The notes under the pieces were generated by a model. It worked only from the letters and a program-made list of their open reading frames with translations, was not told where the DNA came from and did no database searches. A DNA stretch of 64,000 nucleotides from Dimorphilus gyrociliatus (taxonomy: Eukaryota; Animalia; Annelida). Of this stretch, positions 29,124 through 43,466 are shown in pieces. Made by a program: the position numbers and the translations under genes. The first letter of the stretch is position 1. Each line of letters starts with the position of its first letter. The stretch spans positions 310,001-374,000 of the forward strand of contig CAJFCJ010000024.1 in NCBI GenBank assembly GCA_904063045.1, read 5' to 3'.

Positions 29124-29534
29124 TAGATAGATAGAAAAGAAGGCGAACAGTAGGAAATGCGCTTTTCCCCTTTGTTTATTCGCCCTTTCACGTTCCCCTT
29201 TAATTAATCCTTTTGCAGATTTTTTTTAGTATAAAACAAAAGAAAAGAAGAGAGTAAAGATCCTCTCATCGCCTTACCGATATGCCACACCCCCGGGCCG
29301 CAGATAAGACACTCTTGGTCTGCATTCTTTATCAGCACCTCCTGATATAACCAATCCCAATCCACTATCATTATCTGACCGTTCCAAATCGACGTGCACA
29401 CAACCCCTTCCGCGTTCTTCTACAGATGTGACGTAATCTATTTCAAATTCGGCTCTCTTCCTGAAAGCTGCCGTTGCAAACCTGTCCGGTTTCCTCCATT
29501 CGTCTTCTGTGAAAAAATCTTTATCGTAAATGTT
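22234..29534 (-). CDS. GRIP1: Glutamate receptor-interacting protein (GRIP) multi-PDZ scaffold; six PDZ domains seen, 5' coding exon(s) not resolved
   Basis: Exons 29534-29278, 27563-27488, 27310-26798, 26575-26438, 25957-25781, 25549-25495, 25136-25038, 24223-24023, 23302-23037, 22965-22234 (838 codons, frame preserved). Matches GRIP PDZ1 ([29 protein letters not shown]), PDZ2, PDZ3 (VADRCGAVKPGDHVLSID), PDZ4-5 (FEFDISDS...TVKLP...GSVAHRS) and PDZ7 (PTPVQL...FGFSLSDGVYEKGVY...RNPL). Confidence 0.9.
25343..25447. repeat. Purine-rich AAG/GTA-type low-complexity triplet tract in a GRIP intron
   Basis: Imperfect GAAGAAGAAC units followed by GTAGTT/GCAGTA units; explains the spurious poly-Leu ORF 25250-25471. 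Confidence 0.8.
29081..29134. repeat. Compound (AG)n-(AGAT)n microsatellite
   Basis: Seen directly. Confidence 0.92.
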
Positions 29535-32264
29535 CTGATTAAGAAAGAAAAAAGAACTATATAGGCTTAAATTTTCAATATAAACAGAACTAAATAGAAC
29601 TGAGGAGGTCTTTCTTTTGTTTATTACAAACTGTAAAGAAGAAGCATTTAACAAATAAATAACGTTAAGTCTAAAGTGAAGGAAAACTTGGGGCAGAAAT
29701 TCATTTAAATTATCAGTCTTAATAGCTTTAAAACAGGAAGTAAGTTTTCGATTCTCTCTCTATTGCTAATACAGTATGCTTCTACACTTTAATGACCCTC
29801 ACTCTTTTTCATTTTATCTGCTTCTATTTCATCTTTGCTCCACCTTTTCCTAACCTTTTCAGTTTACCCTTCACAAATGACTGGCACGTTAAAAGGCATC
29901 CGTTGACGAAAAATTTGTTAAAAAAAGAAAAAAGTGAATTGTAGAAGTATTTTAACATAGAAACTAATTTAAATAGGAAGAACCTAAGGGCAAATTGAAG
30001 TAGAACGATATAGAAAGGACAAATTTTCACTGGCAGAAATCAATGAACAATGCTCTTCCACTCGAACTTGTACAAACTAACGTAGTTATCGTTTTCCCTT
30101 TGCACTTTACCAAACTACAAAATTAATCATGAACTTCTTCACTAGTAAACCATGCAAATTACTTAATCAAACTTAATTGAATAAATATAATCTCTTAACA
30201 CTTTAATACAGTAAATAATATCACGAATATATTTTTGCTTTATAATGGAGAGTATAGCCAGCTATAATAATAAATGTAATATATACATGTTTGTATCATA
30301 AAGGACATTTCCGCTTTTACACATTGAAAGAATTGAATGAAAAAGAAAATATCTATTAAGTAATGTGAAATTATATTAATGCTTGTAATAATTAATTGAT
30401 AACAAATACATTTTCATAAAAGGGTATACTCATATAATCTATACAAACTTTACATGTTTATACGGAAGTTAACTATGTAATGAAAATAAAAATTATGTAA
30501 AGTAATATTACAAGATTGTTTACTCTTATTAAATGTAAGAGATCGTGGAGAATAACTACGAACTATTGTATTTATTATATAAATTTATTACATACAGGGT
30601 ATACAGTATAACATATATAAAATCTTATATCTTCTATATATAGTATTTACTGCATATATATATAGTATATAATGAAATATATTATAAAATTGGTCCAAAT
30701 TATAATCCTATAAAATACTATTTTTTATTGGTTTCTTTCCTTGGTCAGTTTTATTCCTCATGCTTTTTATCGAAAATTATATTTTGTGCATAAATTCCCT
30801 AGAGACTAAAATATACAATTCTCTCTCTCTCTAGTTTTCCCTCTCTTACGTTTCTACTACAAAAGGAGGAAAAGTGGTCTGCCTACACGTTGAAAAAGTT
30901 TGCTCTATTCAGGTTACTGTCCATTAGGCTTGATAATCACGTGATGCTTACACATACACTGTTTAATAGTATTAACAAAGCGGATAAAGACAACTGGTAC
31001 TAGAGATTTAAGTAAGTGAAATTATAGCTGGTAAGGGTGTACAAGAATAACTATTAGCCTATAGTCAAACACCACAGCTAATCAACGTACCGCAAAACGA
31101 ACGTGTTCTGAAGCTAAAGCAGATAAACAAATCCGTCTGTAAAGCGTAAAAGTGACGTTGAACTTTAATTAATTCGAAAATTTCGTGTTTTTTCAAGTTG
31201 AACTTTTGTAAAAGAAGGCAAACAAACGTTCTTATCATTCTTTCAACGGAAATGAAACGATCTTCACCTGCGAACATTTAAGACTATCGATCATTTTTAT
31301 TGTGACCGCAATTTTTAAGACGACGAGCCAGTTAAAGAGATTTCCCTTCCTCTTCTAAAAAATCATTATCGTTGACAATTACAAGTGAAATTAAATTTTC
31401 TATTTTTTTTATTACTTGATTCCTTTATTTTCTAAAGAAAATAAGAGAATATAAAGAACTGGGGAAGGGCAAGAGAAGAAGATTGAAAGAAAGAAAAAGT
31501 CAATAAAAGAAAGAGAAAACCTTTAAGACCGCATTATTTTCTTTTCGTTAGGAAAGGTAAGCTATAAAGATTTCGTTAGATGATAATTCAATCAGGGGGC
31601 CTAACGAAAACCAAGGGAGATAAGGTAGAATCACGTGATCAACAGATATACCTAGGCCTTTACACAATTTAATTTTATCCCTAATTTGAAAAATAACCAC
31701 TACAAGGATTTGAGTCAATGTATAATGTTTCCTCAAAACATAGGCTTTATCTAGGGTAAGGTTTGCGGTTTGCTCTATAAATTGTATGTTTAACATAGTT
31801 GATAATATTTTACTGGAAGAATAACATCTGTAAGTCGTAGAAAGAAAGAGGTCAACCATAACGAAAAATATAAATTACAATTATATACAAATCTCTTCGT
31901 GGTTTTTAAATATTTTCAACCCTTTGGGTATTACTGTTGATCTTTATTTTTAAAAAAAAAGAGGAAGAAAGAGGATCCTCCTACACAACATACACATCAG
32001 CTTTCTCTTAAAATTTTATCAAATCTAAAGCAAATGGTCTAAATAAATAGTATAGAGGTATATATAGCATATACATATATATATATATATATATTAGTAT
32101 ATATACTTTGTATAATATTTATGTACGAGGTATCTATTAAAGAATACACTGTATATATATTTATATACAATATATAGTACATATATGCAAACCTAGACAA
32201 ACATTCTTAGGAACACACATACACCATACATACATATATATATATATATATACATATATACATG

Positions 32265-32746
32265 CACAGACTCACACATAGCAAACATACACAACACAAC
32301 CACATACACCTACATACATACTGTATATGTACGTATGTGTGCATGGTATTATTGGATTTAATCAATCTCAACTATCCTTCCTTCTCGAACGAGCAGTTAT
32401 CTCGGTTAGAACCAGTTTGTTCCAACCGACAATAAACACCTGTTTTTGGTTTAGGAAGGCGAGAGAACGATTAGACCAGTTATACTTCTGTAAGATATGT
32501 TTAGATTTTTATGAAGGAAACCCTATAAAACGTAATAACTCGTCTATTTTTTTATCATGTTAGACAGATAGTGATGTTATTTATGAACACGTTTAAAACA
32601 TCTGTTCTATTTATAGCTAATTCAGTGTTAAACATATATTAAGTCCTGTATATAAATATGTATGTAGATATATAAAAATATATATAAATATATACTAATA
32701 TATATATATATATGTGTGTGTGTATGTGTGTATGTGTGAGTCTGTG
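32265..32746. repeat. Inverted repeat pair (16-bp perfect core) in CA/TA-rich arms
   Basis: CACAGACTCACACATA at 32265-32280 is the exact reverse complement of TATGTGTGAGTCTGTG at 32731-32746. The flanking CA-rich and TG-rich tracts extend the complementarity imperfectly. Confidence 0.8.
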
Positions 32747-34504
32747 TGTCTAATATATGTATATGTTCATAATACGTTTATACATACAGACAAATGTATA
32801 TTTATAAGGAATATTTAAAAAAAATCAAGGAATTATAGGGGTTGTGTTCTGAGGGTTTAAACGAAATTAATTAATTAAAAAAAAGTTTTAAACAGCTTTC
32901 ATTTTTTTTTACTTTATAATAGAAAAGTTTTTTCTTTTATTTTTAGATTTAAAAAAAATATTTCCAAACAAATATCACACCTGTGGAGAAAGTTTTTTTT
33001 TTTAAAAGGTGTTTTCAATACAAAAGTACTTTACAGGCAAAACTAGCTTTTTACGCTATCCATTAACCAGTTAACAGAAAAATACTTTAACAATCATACA
33101 CTCCCTCATACTTAATATTGCCTATAAGACAGACTTTCCCTTTTAATAAATAGATATAACTTAACGTTAGATTTAATAAAGAATTAATCAACCAATAATA
33201 AAAAGAATCTCTGATGTAAACATTTTTGTATTATGACAAACAAGCAAACTGCACTTTCTACGATTTCATAGCCGCCGGAAATCGTTTCGTTAAAAGCTCT
33301 AACAAAAATCGCTGTGTATTTTATAGTAACGAGTTTGCTAACGCGGCTGCCTCTATTGAAACGGTATGGAAATAAAACGAGCAATTTCCGTAATGAGCCC
33401 AATCTTTAGAACGTGTCTATGAATAAAATTTCTCTTATTACCCGATTTTTGGTAGTAAAACGATATACCACAAACTATCACATGACCAGCTACCTGAGAA
33501 ATACATTCAGTGCTCCGACTGTTGTCAAAGTTCGCTATTAATATTTAAAGCAGATCTAGTCAATATGCATATAGGGAGGATTTCATTCTAGTCAGATCAA
33601 TTAACTGAATAGTTTCATTTAGAAAGCGCTGTGATTCAAGTACTATTCAACCTTTTATTCCCACTTGCTTTTTACTTTCAGACAGATACGCATATACTGT
33701 ATATGCAGTATTAGTATATATATTAATATATATATAGTTTTGACTGATCCAGATACAATTTTATCTATCATTCCTACTTGATAGGATCTGACCATGTTTT
33801 CATTTTATTCTTTTATAATCGTAGTAAAGTATTACGAACATAAAGTCTATTCCCAACAGTCGGCATCAATTCATCTAAGATGAAAAAATGTTAAAATCCT
33901 ACCAAACTGTACTGCAAGACGAATGTCTCTCAAATTTTCAAGTTCTAGTGATACTCTATCTGTTTTCTAATGGTCTCTTCTAAACAACACCTATGTATAG
34001 AAATGATATATACGAACCGGTGCGTTTGTCGCCCAAGCACTGTAGCATTCCCAGAGGCTATAATATGAGAATAAATCGAAGTGACAGCTTTATTACATTC
34101 CTACTAATTATCTGTCGATTTCCAATCGATATCGATTTAATCCGTCAATAAGATATCTTAGCTGTTTGTCTTTGTAATCAACAGCCTTAATTCCTATAGT
34201 CAGTGAAGTTTGGCAAAAAGTCAAAAAAAGTTTGCAGTAGTCGATTCTTGTTTATATAGCAAATTTTTAATTAATCCTTTTTTCCAATAGAATCCTTCAT
34301 CCAGCCTTTCTTGTTTATTCTTTACATTTATTATAATTAAATTAAGATCATTAGCATGAAAGTACACTTTTCTATTTATTAAGACAAGCAGTAAAATATG
34401 AGCGATAATTTAGTTCTTTCCCTATAGATTTTCGTCGACTGCTGTTTTGCAGTTTTTTCTATAGTATATAAGCAGACTGTAAATGAAAAAGAGATCTTTA
34501 CCGT

Positions 34505-34550
34505 CGCTCATTGGTTGAGTTTTGCGTAACGTTGGAAATTATCCAATCAG
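34505..34550 (+). promoter_or_regulatory. Paired CCAAT boxes about 500 bp upstream of the Rab GDI start
   Basis: ATTGG at 34510-34514 and CCAAT(CAG) at 34543-34547 in a locally GC-richer patch. Motif match only. Confidence 0.35.
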
Positions 34551-35051
34551 CGTCTTTCAAAATCCTTTTATAAAATTACTAATATTCGTCCAAATAAAAA
34601 ACAACAGCAAAATCAGTAATGATCCGATCAAGTAAAGCAGGACATTAGCCAAAATTGACCTTGAACTTTGATATAGTAGACAAGAGGAAACTTCTTCCCC
34701 TCTCGAAACCCGCTTTTTTCAGTCTGCTGAGTGTATTACTATAAAACTTGAAAATACATAAAAACTATATATAAACAATAAGTATTTAAATAAAAAGTCA
34801 TATAAAATATAATAAATAAATGAAATTAGAGGATATTTTAATATTTGAAACACATCCCTTGTTTAATAAATCCTCCTGAAAAACAACAACAACGCACTAA
34901 ATTTTCCAGCTGCGCAGTAATACACATACACCGATCGATAAATTTCGAGAAATATACATTTAGAACCGGAGAAAAAAATCCCTATTACCTTTACTAAACC
35001 TCTATATATAATAAATTTTCTGTGCATTTTCGAGAGGAAATACATCAAATT

Positions 35052-38000
35052 ATGGATGAGGAATATGATTTTATAGTTTTAGGAACAGGATTAAAAGTAA
35101 TCAATGCTTAAAATTTTTAAGTAAGCAATCATCAACGCCCCTATTCTCCTTTTCTTTCTTTTTCAACAGGAATGTATTCTCTCCGGTCTGATGTCTGTTT
35201 CGGGGAAGAAGGTGTTGCATATGGACAGAAATGATTATTATGGTGGTCAAAGCGCTTCAATTACACCCATAGACCAGGTATAAAACATTTGTACAATACA
35301 ACTGCTTAAAGTAAACCGTATTGTCGTTTCCAGTTCTATAGATACTTCGGAAAACAGTATGAAATTCCTCTATTAGAAGAGAAATTTGGGAAACTAAGGG
35401 ATTGGAATGTTGATCTTGTACCAAAATTCTTGATGGCTAATGGTATTTACTCTCACATATAAATATACTTTTGTGTGCATATATATATGTGCATGCAAGA
35501 TATAGATTACTTTACGTATTTGGGCATAAAAGGGAATTTTTACTTGGACTGTAGATAAGGACCTATTAGCTGTGAAAGAGTGTTTATTCAACTTGTTAAT
35601 AGGGTAATTCCCAGTGATTTATTCTCTAATCTACAAAAAAGAAACAAGAAAAAAGGATATCTATATATATATTGTATATAAGTCAAACATTTAGCTCTTC
35701 GGCTATAGATTGATTAAATATGACTGTAAATATTCCTGTAAATGGGGTGATAAAAGGTTAAATAGAACTTTTTATAACGCAGTTTTCCGTCAAGACGGAA
35801 ACGGATATGATAAAGAATCAATTCCTTATTGATAATCAACTAAAAAAATGAAAGGAACAAAAATAATTCATTATTTATAATAGAGAGAAAATTAATTATT
35901 ACATCTACTAATATATACACAATATATATATGGTACAAGATGTGTATTAGAGCATAAAATGGACGTTCTCTCCTTTTATTTCTATTTTCTTTACCAATAT
36001 ATTAAACCTATATACAGTACGTCATAAATTATTTTTATATAATAGATATTATATTGTCACCACCCTCCATGCTCCCCCATTTCTTCTTTCCTTTTTTCGC
36101 TTTACTCCAAGTTGTATTTGTAATCAATATGGATTCTGTAATTACTAAATAACAAAAAAAGTTAAATTCAATATTTTACAATAAACAGGTGAATTAGTAA
36201 AGCTTCTTATCCATACTGGCGTAACGAGATATTTGGAATTCAAGCCTATAGAAGGATCTTATGTTTATAAGAAAGGCAGTGGGATTTGCAAAGTACCATC
36301 TAATGAAACAGAGGCAATGAAAAGCGAAATGATGGGATTATTGGAAAAGAGAAGATTTCAAAAATTCTTACAATTCTGCTCCGAGGTAGATGAAAAGGAT
36401 GAATCAACTTGGAAAAATATGGATCTAAGAAACATAAAAACCAATGAATTCTATGACAAATTCGGTTTAGAAGAGGAAACTAGGACTTTTACGGGTCACG
36501 CTCTCGCTTTATATATAGATGATTCCTACCTAAATGAATCGGCTATTGATTTGATAGTTAAATGCAAATTGTACAATGAAAGCCTATGCAGGTAAGAGTT
36601 AAGGGGAGGGAATTTTTTTTATCTCTAAAATCAAAGAAAATAAATAAATCCAATAAACAGTATATAAGCTTACTATTTTTCGATTTTTTTTAAGTATCCC
36701 CTCTTTACAAAAGCTTTGTACTGTTTATATTGATTTTGCAATAATTAAAGTTAATGAGAAATATTCAATCTCTAGCCTGTCTTTATGAAAGCATATTGAT
36801 TCTATAAAAAAAATACTACTATAGAATTATTTAATATACGCAAATATTCTGTTTATAAACAAAGTAAGAATTTTCAAACATCCCTCTCTCTCGCTTGCTT
36901 TCTCGCTCTTTCGCTCTCTTTCTTCCTTTCTTTCTATTTCTTCTGCATTTTTTGTACTCTTATGAATTGTTTTCTTCGTTTTCTCTTTCACCAAGTTTCT
37001 TTTTATTATTTTTTTTCACATTGGACATAAAAATAGAAAATAAAAAAAATGGAAACAAATTAAGGTTTGCCCAAAGCAGCTTTTAGAGTGTCAGTTGTAA
37101 ATGCCTAAGGAAGCAATTTCACATGTTTCTAGTCTATAATAAATCTTTATATGAGGACAATAACGAGAAATCTTCGATCCTATTTTCTCCGCTTCCGTAT
37201 TCCCCAGTATAAATGTTAGCCTGGGGGCCGTTTACATGCATTACAACAACAATGAATATGTATTGAATATGAATATAGGTATTCACTTAGAATCTATCAA
37301 TTTCTTTTCTTTTTTTAAAGGAGTCGAAAAAGTCCTTTTCTCTACCCTCTCTATGGTCTAGGCGAGCTTCCCCAAGGATTTGCTAGGTAATATAAATTTT
37401 AAAGATAAAAGGATCATAGATAATCATTATCGTAAAACTAATTTCTCTTTAAAAGACTTTCTGCTATCTACGGTGGAACTTATATGTTGAACAAGCCTTT
37501 CGAGAGTATCGTATACGACGGAGGAAAGGTAGTGGGGGTCGCAGCAAAAAATGAAAAGGGAGAAGTAGAGGTTGCGAAATGTAAACAGGTAACTGTTAAA
37601 TATAACAAATATAACATTTTCCACGGTATTTAGGTTACGAGTGGTAGAAAAATATCCTATGTACATTATATACATTATATATATTATACTATACTATACT
37701 ATTAAGAATGTAATTAACAAATACTCTTTATATAAAAAAATTGCTAGTATTTCAATAAAAAGAAACTTAAATTGCTACCTTCCGTTCCCTAAAGGTAATC
37801 TGCGATCCAAGTTACGTTGATAAGGACAAAGTGAAATTAGTAGGAAAGGTGGCTAGGGCAATCTGCTTTTTAAATCATCCTATTCCCAACACTAACGAAG
37901 CTTCTTCCTGCCAAATCATTATACCGCAAAGTCAAGTGGGTAGAAAATACGGTAAGATTTGCCAAAAGATCCTTTTTATATAGTGCACCCTAAGTTTATA

Positions 38001-39139
38001 CTCATCTTTTGCTCTGTGGAAAGATATATAGAAAATATTCATTTATTATTACATATGGATAAATCTTAAACCTTTCCCCCCCCATTTAACAAGTATTTTG
38101 TTTATAAGAAACACATATAGTTGTATATATGATAAGCAATTTACAACATTACCTAGGAAATATCATTATTTTTACTTTTTACCATCTCAACTTCTCTCTG
38201 TCTATATATCTTTTCTCTCTCGCTCTCTGCTTTTTCTCTATTTGTTTATACAGCATATATATATATATATATATATATAAATTTATATATATCCTTTCTT
38301 CTTTTGCTTATTTACTTATATATTGTTATAAAATAGAGACCTATACGAAATCAACAAAAATCCTCTCTAATACTTTGAAAGAACTAGATCAGCAGAGAAA
38401 AATTTCGCTTAGGATGACATTCCACAGATGTCAATTATATAAAAGACGCGTGGAAAACCGAATAGCTAAAATATAATATTAGCAGCTAACATCCCACACA
38501 AGATGATAATTATATTATCCATTAGATTAATTATATCTAACCAACGTTCCATTCCTTCCTCTCTCTTTTTTTCCCATATAATATACTATATAAAAAGAGT
38601 CTTTTTAGTTTGTTTTTTCAATAAGCTAATCCGACAAAGTATAATATAGAACAGGAAACTGAAAAATTTCACTTTTACAATAACTAAATAGGAAAGCTAA
38701 TTATCTTTTCTTTCCATAGTTTTATCTGTAAATAGATTATATTCTATCTCAATGATTAAAAATGACATACTTCATGTTTTCTTTCTCTTCTACAGACATA
38801 TACATTTGCAGTATAGGCAGAGAACTTAAAGTTTGTTCGAAAGGAAATTATCTTGCTCTTGTATCGACCACGGTTGAAACGTCTGACCCAGAGGCAGACT
38901 TACAACTTGGTCTTGATCTTTTGGGACCAATATCTGAAAAGTTTATTAGCGTAAGCGAATTATACGAACCCGTCGATAAAGGTACGGAATCTAAAGTCTT
39001 TATAACATCTTCTTACGATGCAACAACTCACTTTGAGAGTACTTGTAAGGATGTTTTGGAAATTTACAAGAGAGTAGTGGGAGAAGAGTTCGACTTTTCG
39101 AAAGTTAAGCATACTCTCGAAGTTGCCGAACAAGAATAG
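35052..39139 (+). CDS. GDI: Rab GDP dissociation inhibitor, about 454 aa
   Basis: Exons 35052-35096, 35170-35277, 35334-35442, 36189-36591, 37321-37386, 37456-37588, 37795-37951, 38796-39139. Motifs: [98 protein letters not shown]. Confidence 0.97.
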
Positions 39140-39619
39140 GAAAGATTGTTTTCCTCTCTTTTTTTAATTTTGGCCTCCCAATATGAGAATTAAATGCTTG
39201 ATATGATTGATTACTAGTTCGCAATTAAGGAAAAAGCTATATGGAGAAAAGAAGATTCTATACATGCATTTTACAATATTTACTGCTTCGTAACGTTCCT
39301 TGTTTTCATCTTGCTAGAATATCTAATAGATATTCTAGTTGAAAGTCGTGCTATATTAATGTTTCTTTTGGTTCAATTTTGCTTCTGATTTAATAGTGTC
39401 AACCTAAGTCCAAAATATTTGTGTTGTATGCTTTGATGGATGTTAAAGTACGCTGCTTTTTATGCTTACAAATAAATCCAGTTATCCCGGATAGTTAAGC
39501 CTTTCTAAAAAATATCGTATGCTATTAACATAGAGGATATAATATAGATTAAAAGAGAATAATCATTTCAGTCGTTAGATGTCACTACTTTAGTATATTT
39601 CATTTCGTTTCGCAACATC

Positions 39620-39730
39620 AAATTCCCGCCAATTTGAACTAGCCAATCAGGATCAAGAATTTTGGCCCACATGCCAACCAACATTCATGGGTTTTAGCAC
39701 TACCCGAATTATTCATTAGACGCCATTTTG
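39620..39730 (+). promoter_or_regulatory. Candidate PP2A-C core promoter: two CCAAT boxes and a YY1-type CGCCATTTT
   Basis: CCAAT at 39629-39633 and 39643-39647; CGCCATTTT at 39721-39729, about 100 bp upstream of the ATG. Motif match only. Confidence 0.45.
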
Positions 39731-39830
39731 AGACGAGAAATAGCTAAACTTTCTCATTTTTTTTAGTTAACCTAGTCTCCAATTGATTTATCTTAATATA
39801 GTTTCATTGCGTTAAACCATTATCTCTAGA

Positions 39831-41362
<1,532 letters not shown>

Positions 41363-41595
41363 AATCAGAAGGAGCATGGTTTTATACCGAGGCAATGTGT
41401 TGTGTCCTCTCCATTTTTTTCAACAGTTAAAAATATTATATATATTTAAATACTACGTGTTTAGCATTGCCGGTTATCATTATTTTCAATACAAATTTAA
41501 AAGAGTCGATTCCGACAGATGGCGTTATTAGTTATTTCTTAGGGACTATGTAATGATGCATCTAGACGGAAGAACTTTCGGGAGGATAGAATTTA

Positions 41596-41605
41596 GTCAC
41601 GTGAC
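41596..41605. promoter_or_regulatory. Palindromic E-box GTCACGTGAC (CLEAR/USF/MiT-TFE type) 62 bp upstream of the LRR gene ATG
   Basis: Perfect 10-bp palindrome seen directly. Function is inferred from position. Confidence 0.45.
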
Positions 41606-41667
41606 CCTAAATGACATCCTTAACGGTGTTTTTTGTCGTTTTTAAACTATATTTATGAGTATAGAAG

Positions 41668-43244
41668 ATGGAGAGATCAATGACATCCGAAGAACTAGTT
41701 GGTTTATTATATTTCGAGAAAAATCCTTATGATTATATGAAATTAGAGGAACAATTAGAATATCATAGAAGTATGTGCGAATTTGGAAGTGAAAGAATTG
41801 ATCATTGCCCTCTGTGTTTTAAAAACTTAGACAAGGTAATTATCGTGGGTAATAAGAAAGTAAAAGTTTGAAACCTTATCTTTTTTAGCTACAAATCAAA
41901 TAAGGAAATAACTTATTTAGACTTAGAGTTGTACTAATTTTATTGAATTTCTGCTCTTTGAGAAATTGTATGGTTACTGCTCTTTCAAAAGAAAACTAAT
42001 TTTAATGTTTTTGGTATTAATGAACAGTTTAAAAAAACATGATTTGCTTTAACTTTAGTTTTCTGAAACTACTTGAATTCTATCTATAAGACAAAATTAC
42101 AGTAGTTCTGCATAAGATAGATATACACATGCTTATAAAAAATACACACACACACACGTTTGCAGCAGAATTTATAGATTTGACTATCCTATAGAATATT
42201 AATATTTATTAATCTGTTCAATGTTAATAAATTTTTATAGTATGCATCTTTTCCACTTGAAAACAGGAAGCACCAAAGTATATTCTCTCATTTATGGATT
42301 GTGCTAAAGGTGATCGTTTCATTTCTTGGATGAAAAATAAATGTGTATTTGGTTTTCCTCAATTTGAATCGATATTAAATCACTACGTTACATCATGGCA
42401 ATTTACTGAACTGCATCTTGATAGTTTAAAAAAATGTGGTGGAGAGAGTTCTATACCTATTGAGCTATTTACCCTGCAACATGTTACTTGGCTTTCTCTT
42501 AGCCATAATAATTTAGAGAGAATTCCTCCAGATATAGGTCGAATGGATTCATTAGAACATCTTGTTTTAACTGGTAATAAATTGGATGTAGCATCCTTAC
42601 CAAGAACATTGACTTTCTGCAGAAAATTAAAAACTCTTTTGTTAGATAATAATTTATTAGACGCCTTACCAGGATTTTTACTGTCAATGCCTTCATTGAT
42701 TACAGTACATCGACATGGCAATCATAATTATTTTAAATCCACTTTTATGTGGTATCATACAGACGTTAACGAAAGAATTTTAAAGGTGGCTAAAAGTCAC
42801 ACACCTCGATATTACTCCGCCCTTTCACTTCAATTTCTGGCAGCTCAAGCTTTAATATCGTCTCCAACCGAATATCTAACTGATAAAAATATTCCTCCAT
42901 CTCTGAAAGTGTTCCTTGCCGAATCCTTCAGACGTTTTAACATATGCGAACATTGTAAAAAAGCATTTTTAAAGCAAAGTGATGGATATAAAGTTATAAC
43001 ATTTAAGAATCCTTATCTCGGAAACACCTGTGTACCATTTGAACATTGGGCTTGTAGTCTAGAATGCTCAAGAGCAATAGAAATACCAGCGAGAAAGGAA
43101 CAAGTAGAAGCATCTAAAAGAGCTGATAAGGAATACGAAAGAAAAGTAAAATTTCACGAAAAAGACATTGGAATTAGATCTGGTATAAAACCTAAAATGA
43201 CTTATAAAAGAAAAGTCTCGTGTTATGCATGTACAACAATGTGA
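41668..43244 (+). CDS. Leucine-rich repeat protein, LRRC58/LRRC28-like, with BC-box/cullin-box-like segment and Cys cluster, about 381 aa
   Basis: Exon 1 41668-41835 (GACAAG|GTAATT) joins in frame to exon 2 42267-43244. About four LRRs (LSLSHNNLERIP, LVLTGNKL, LLLDNNLLDALP), then SLQFLAAQAL...IPPSLKVFL and CEHC...HWACSLEC, resembling the LRRC58-type C-terminus. Confidence 0.8.
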
Positions 43245-43466
43245 TAACGTTTTTTTTTCTTCTTTTTTAATGAAAAAATTGATAAAGTTATTCTTTAAAA
43301 AAAAATAACAATTGAAATTGAAAGAAAATGAACAAGTGCACTAAATAAAAAGTAAGATTGTTTTTGTTTACGGTAGATATTATAAGCTCTAAGTAATAGA
43401 TAGTACAAACAAGAAACCGTAATATATAATGCTAGGGCAAAGCAGTAACTTTATAAATTCTCTACA

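Noticed and set aside
31065-33402. ORFs 31065-31277 and 33184-33402 as GRIP first coding exons
   Set aside because: Position is plausible, but I could not match them to GRIP or define confident splice junctions. Left unresolved.
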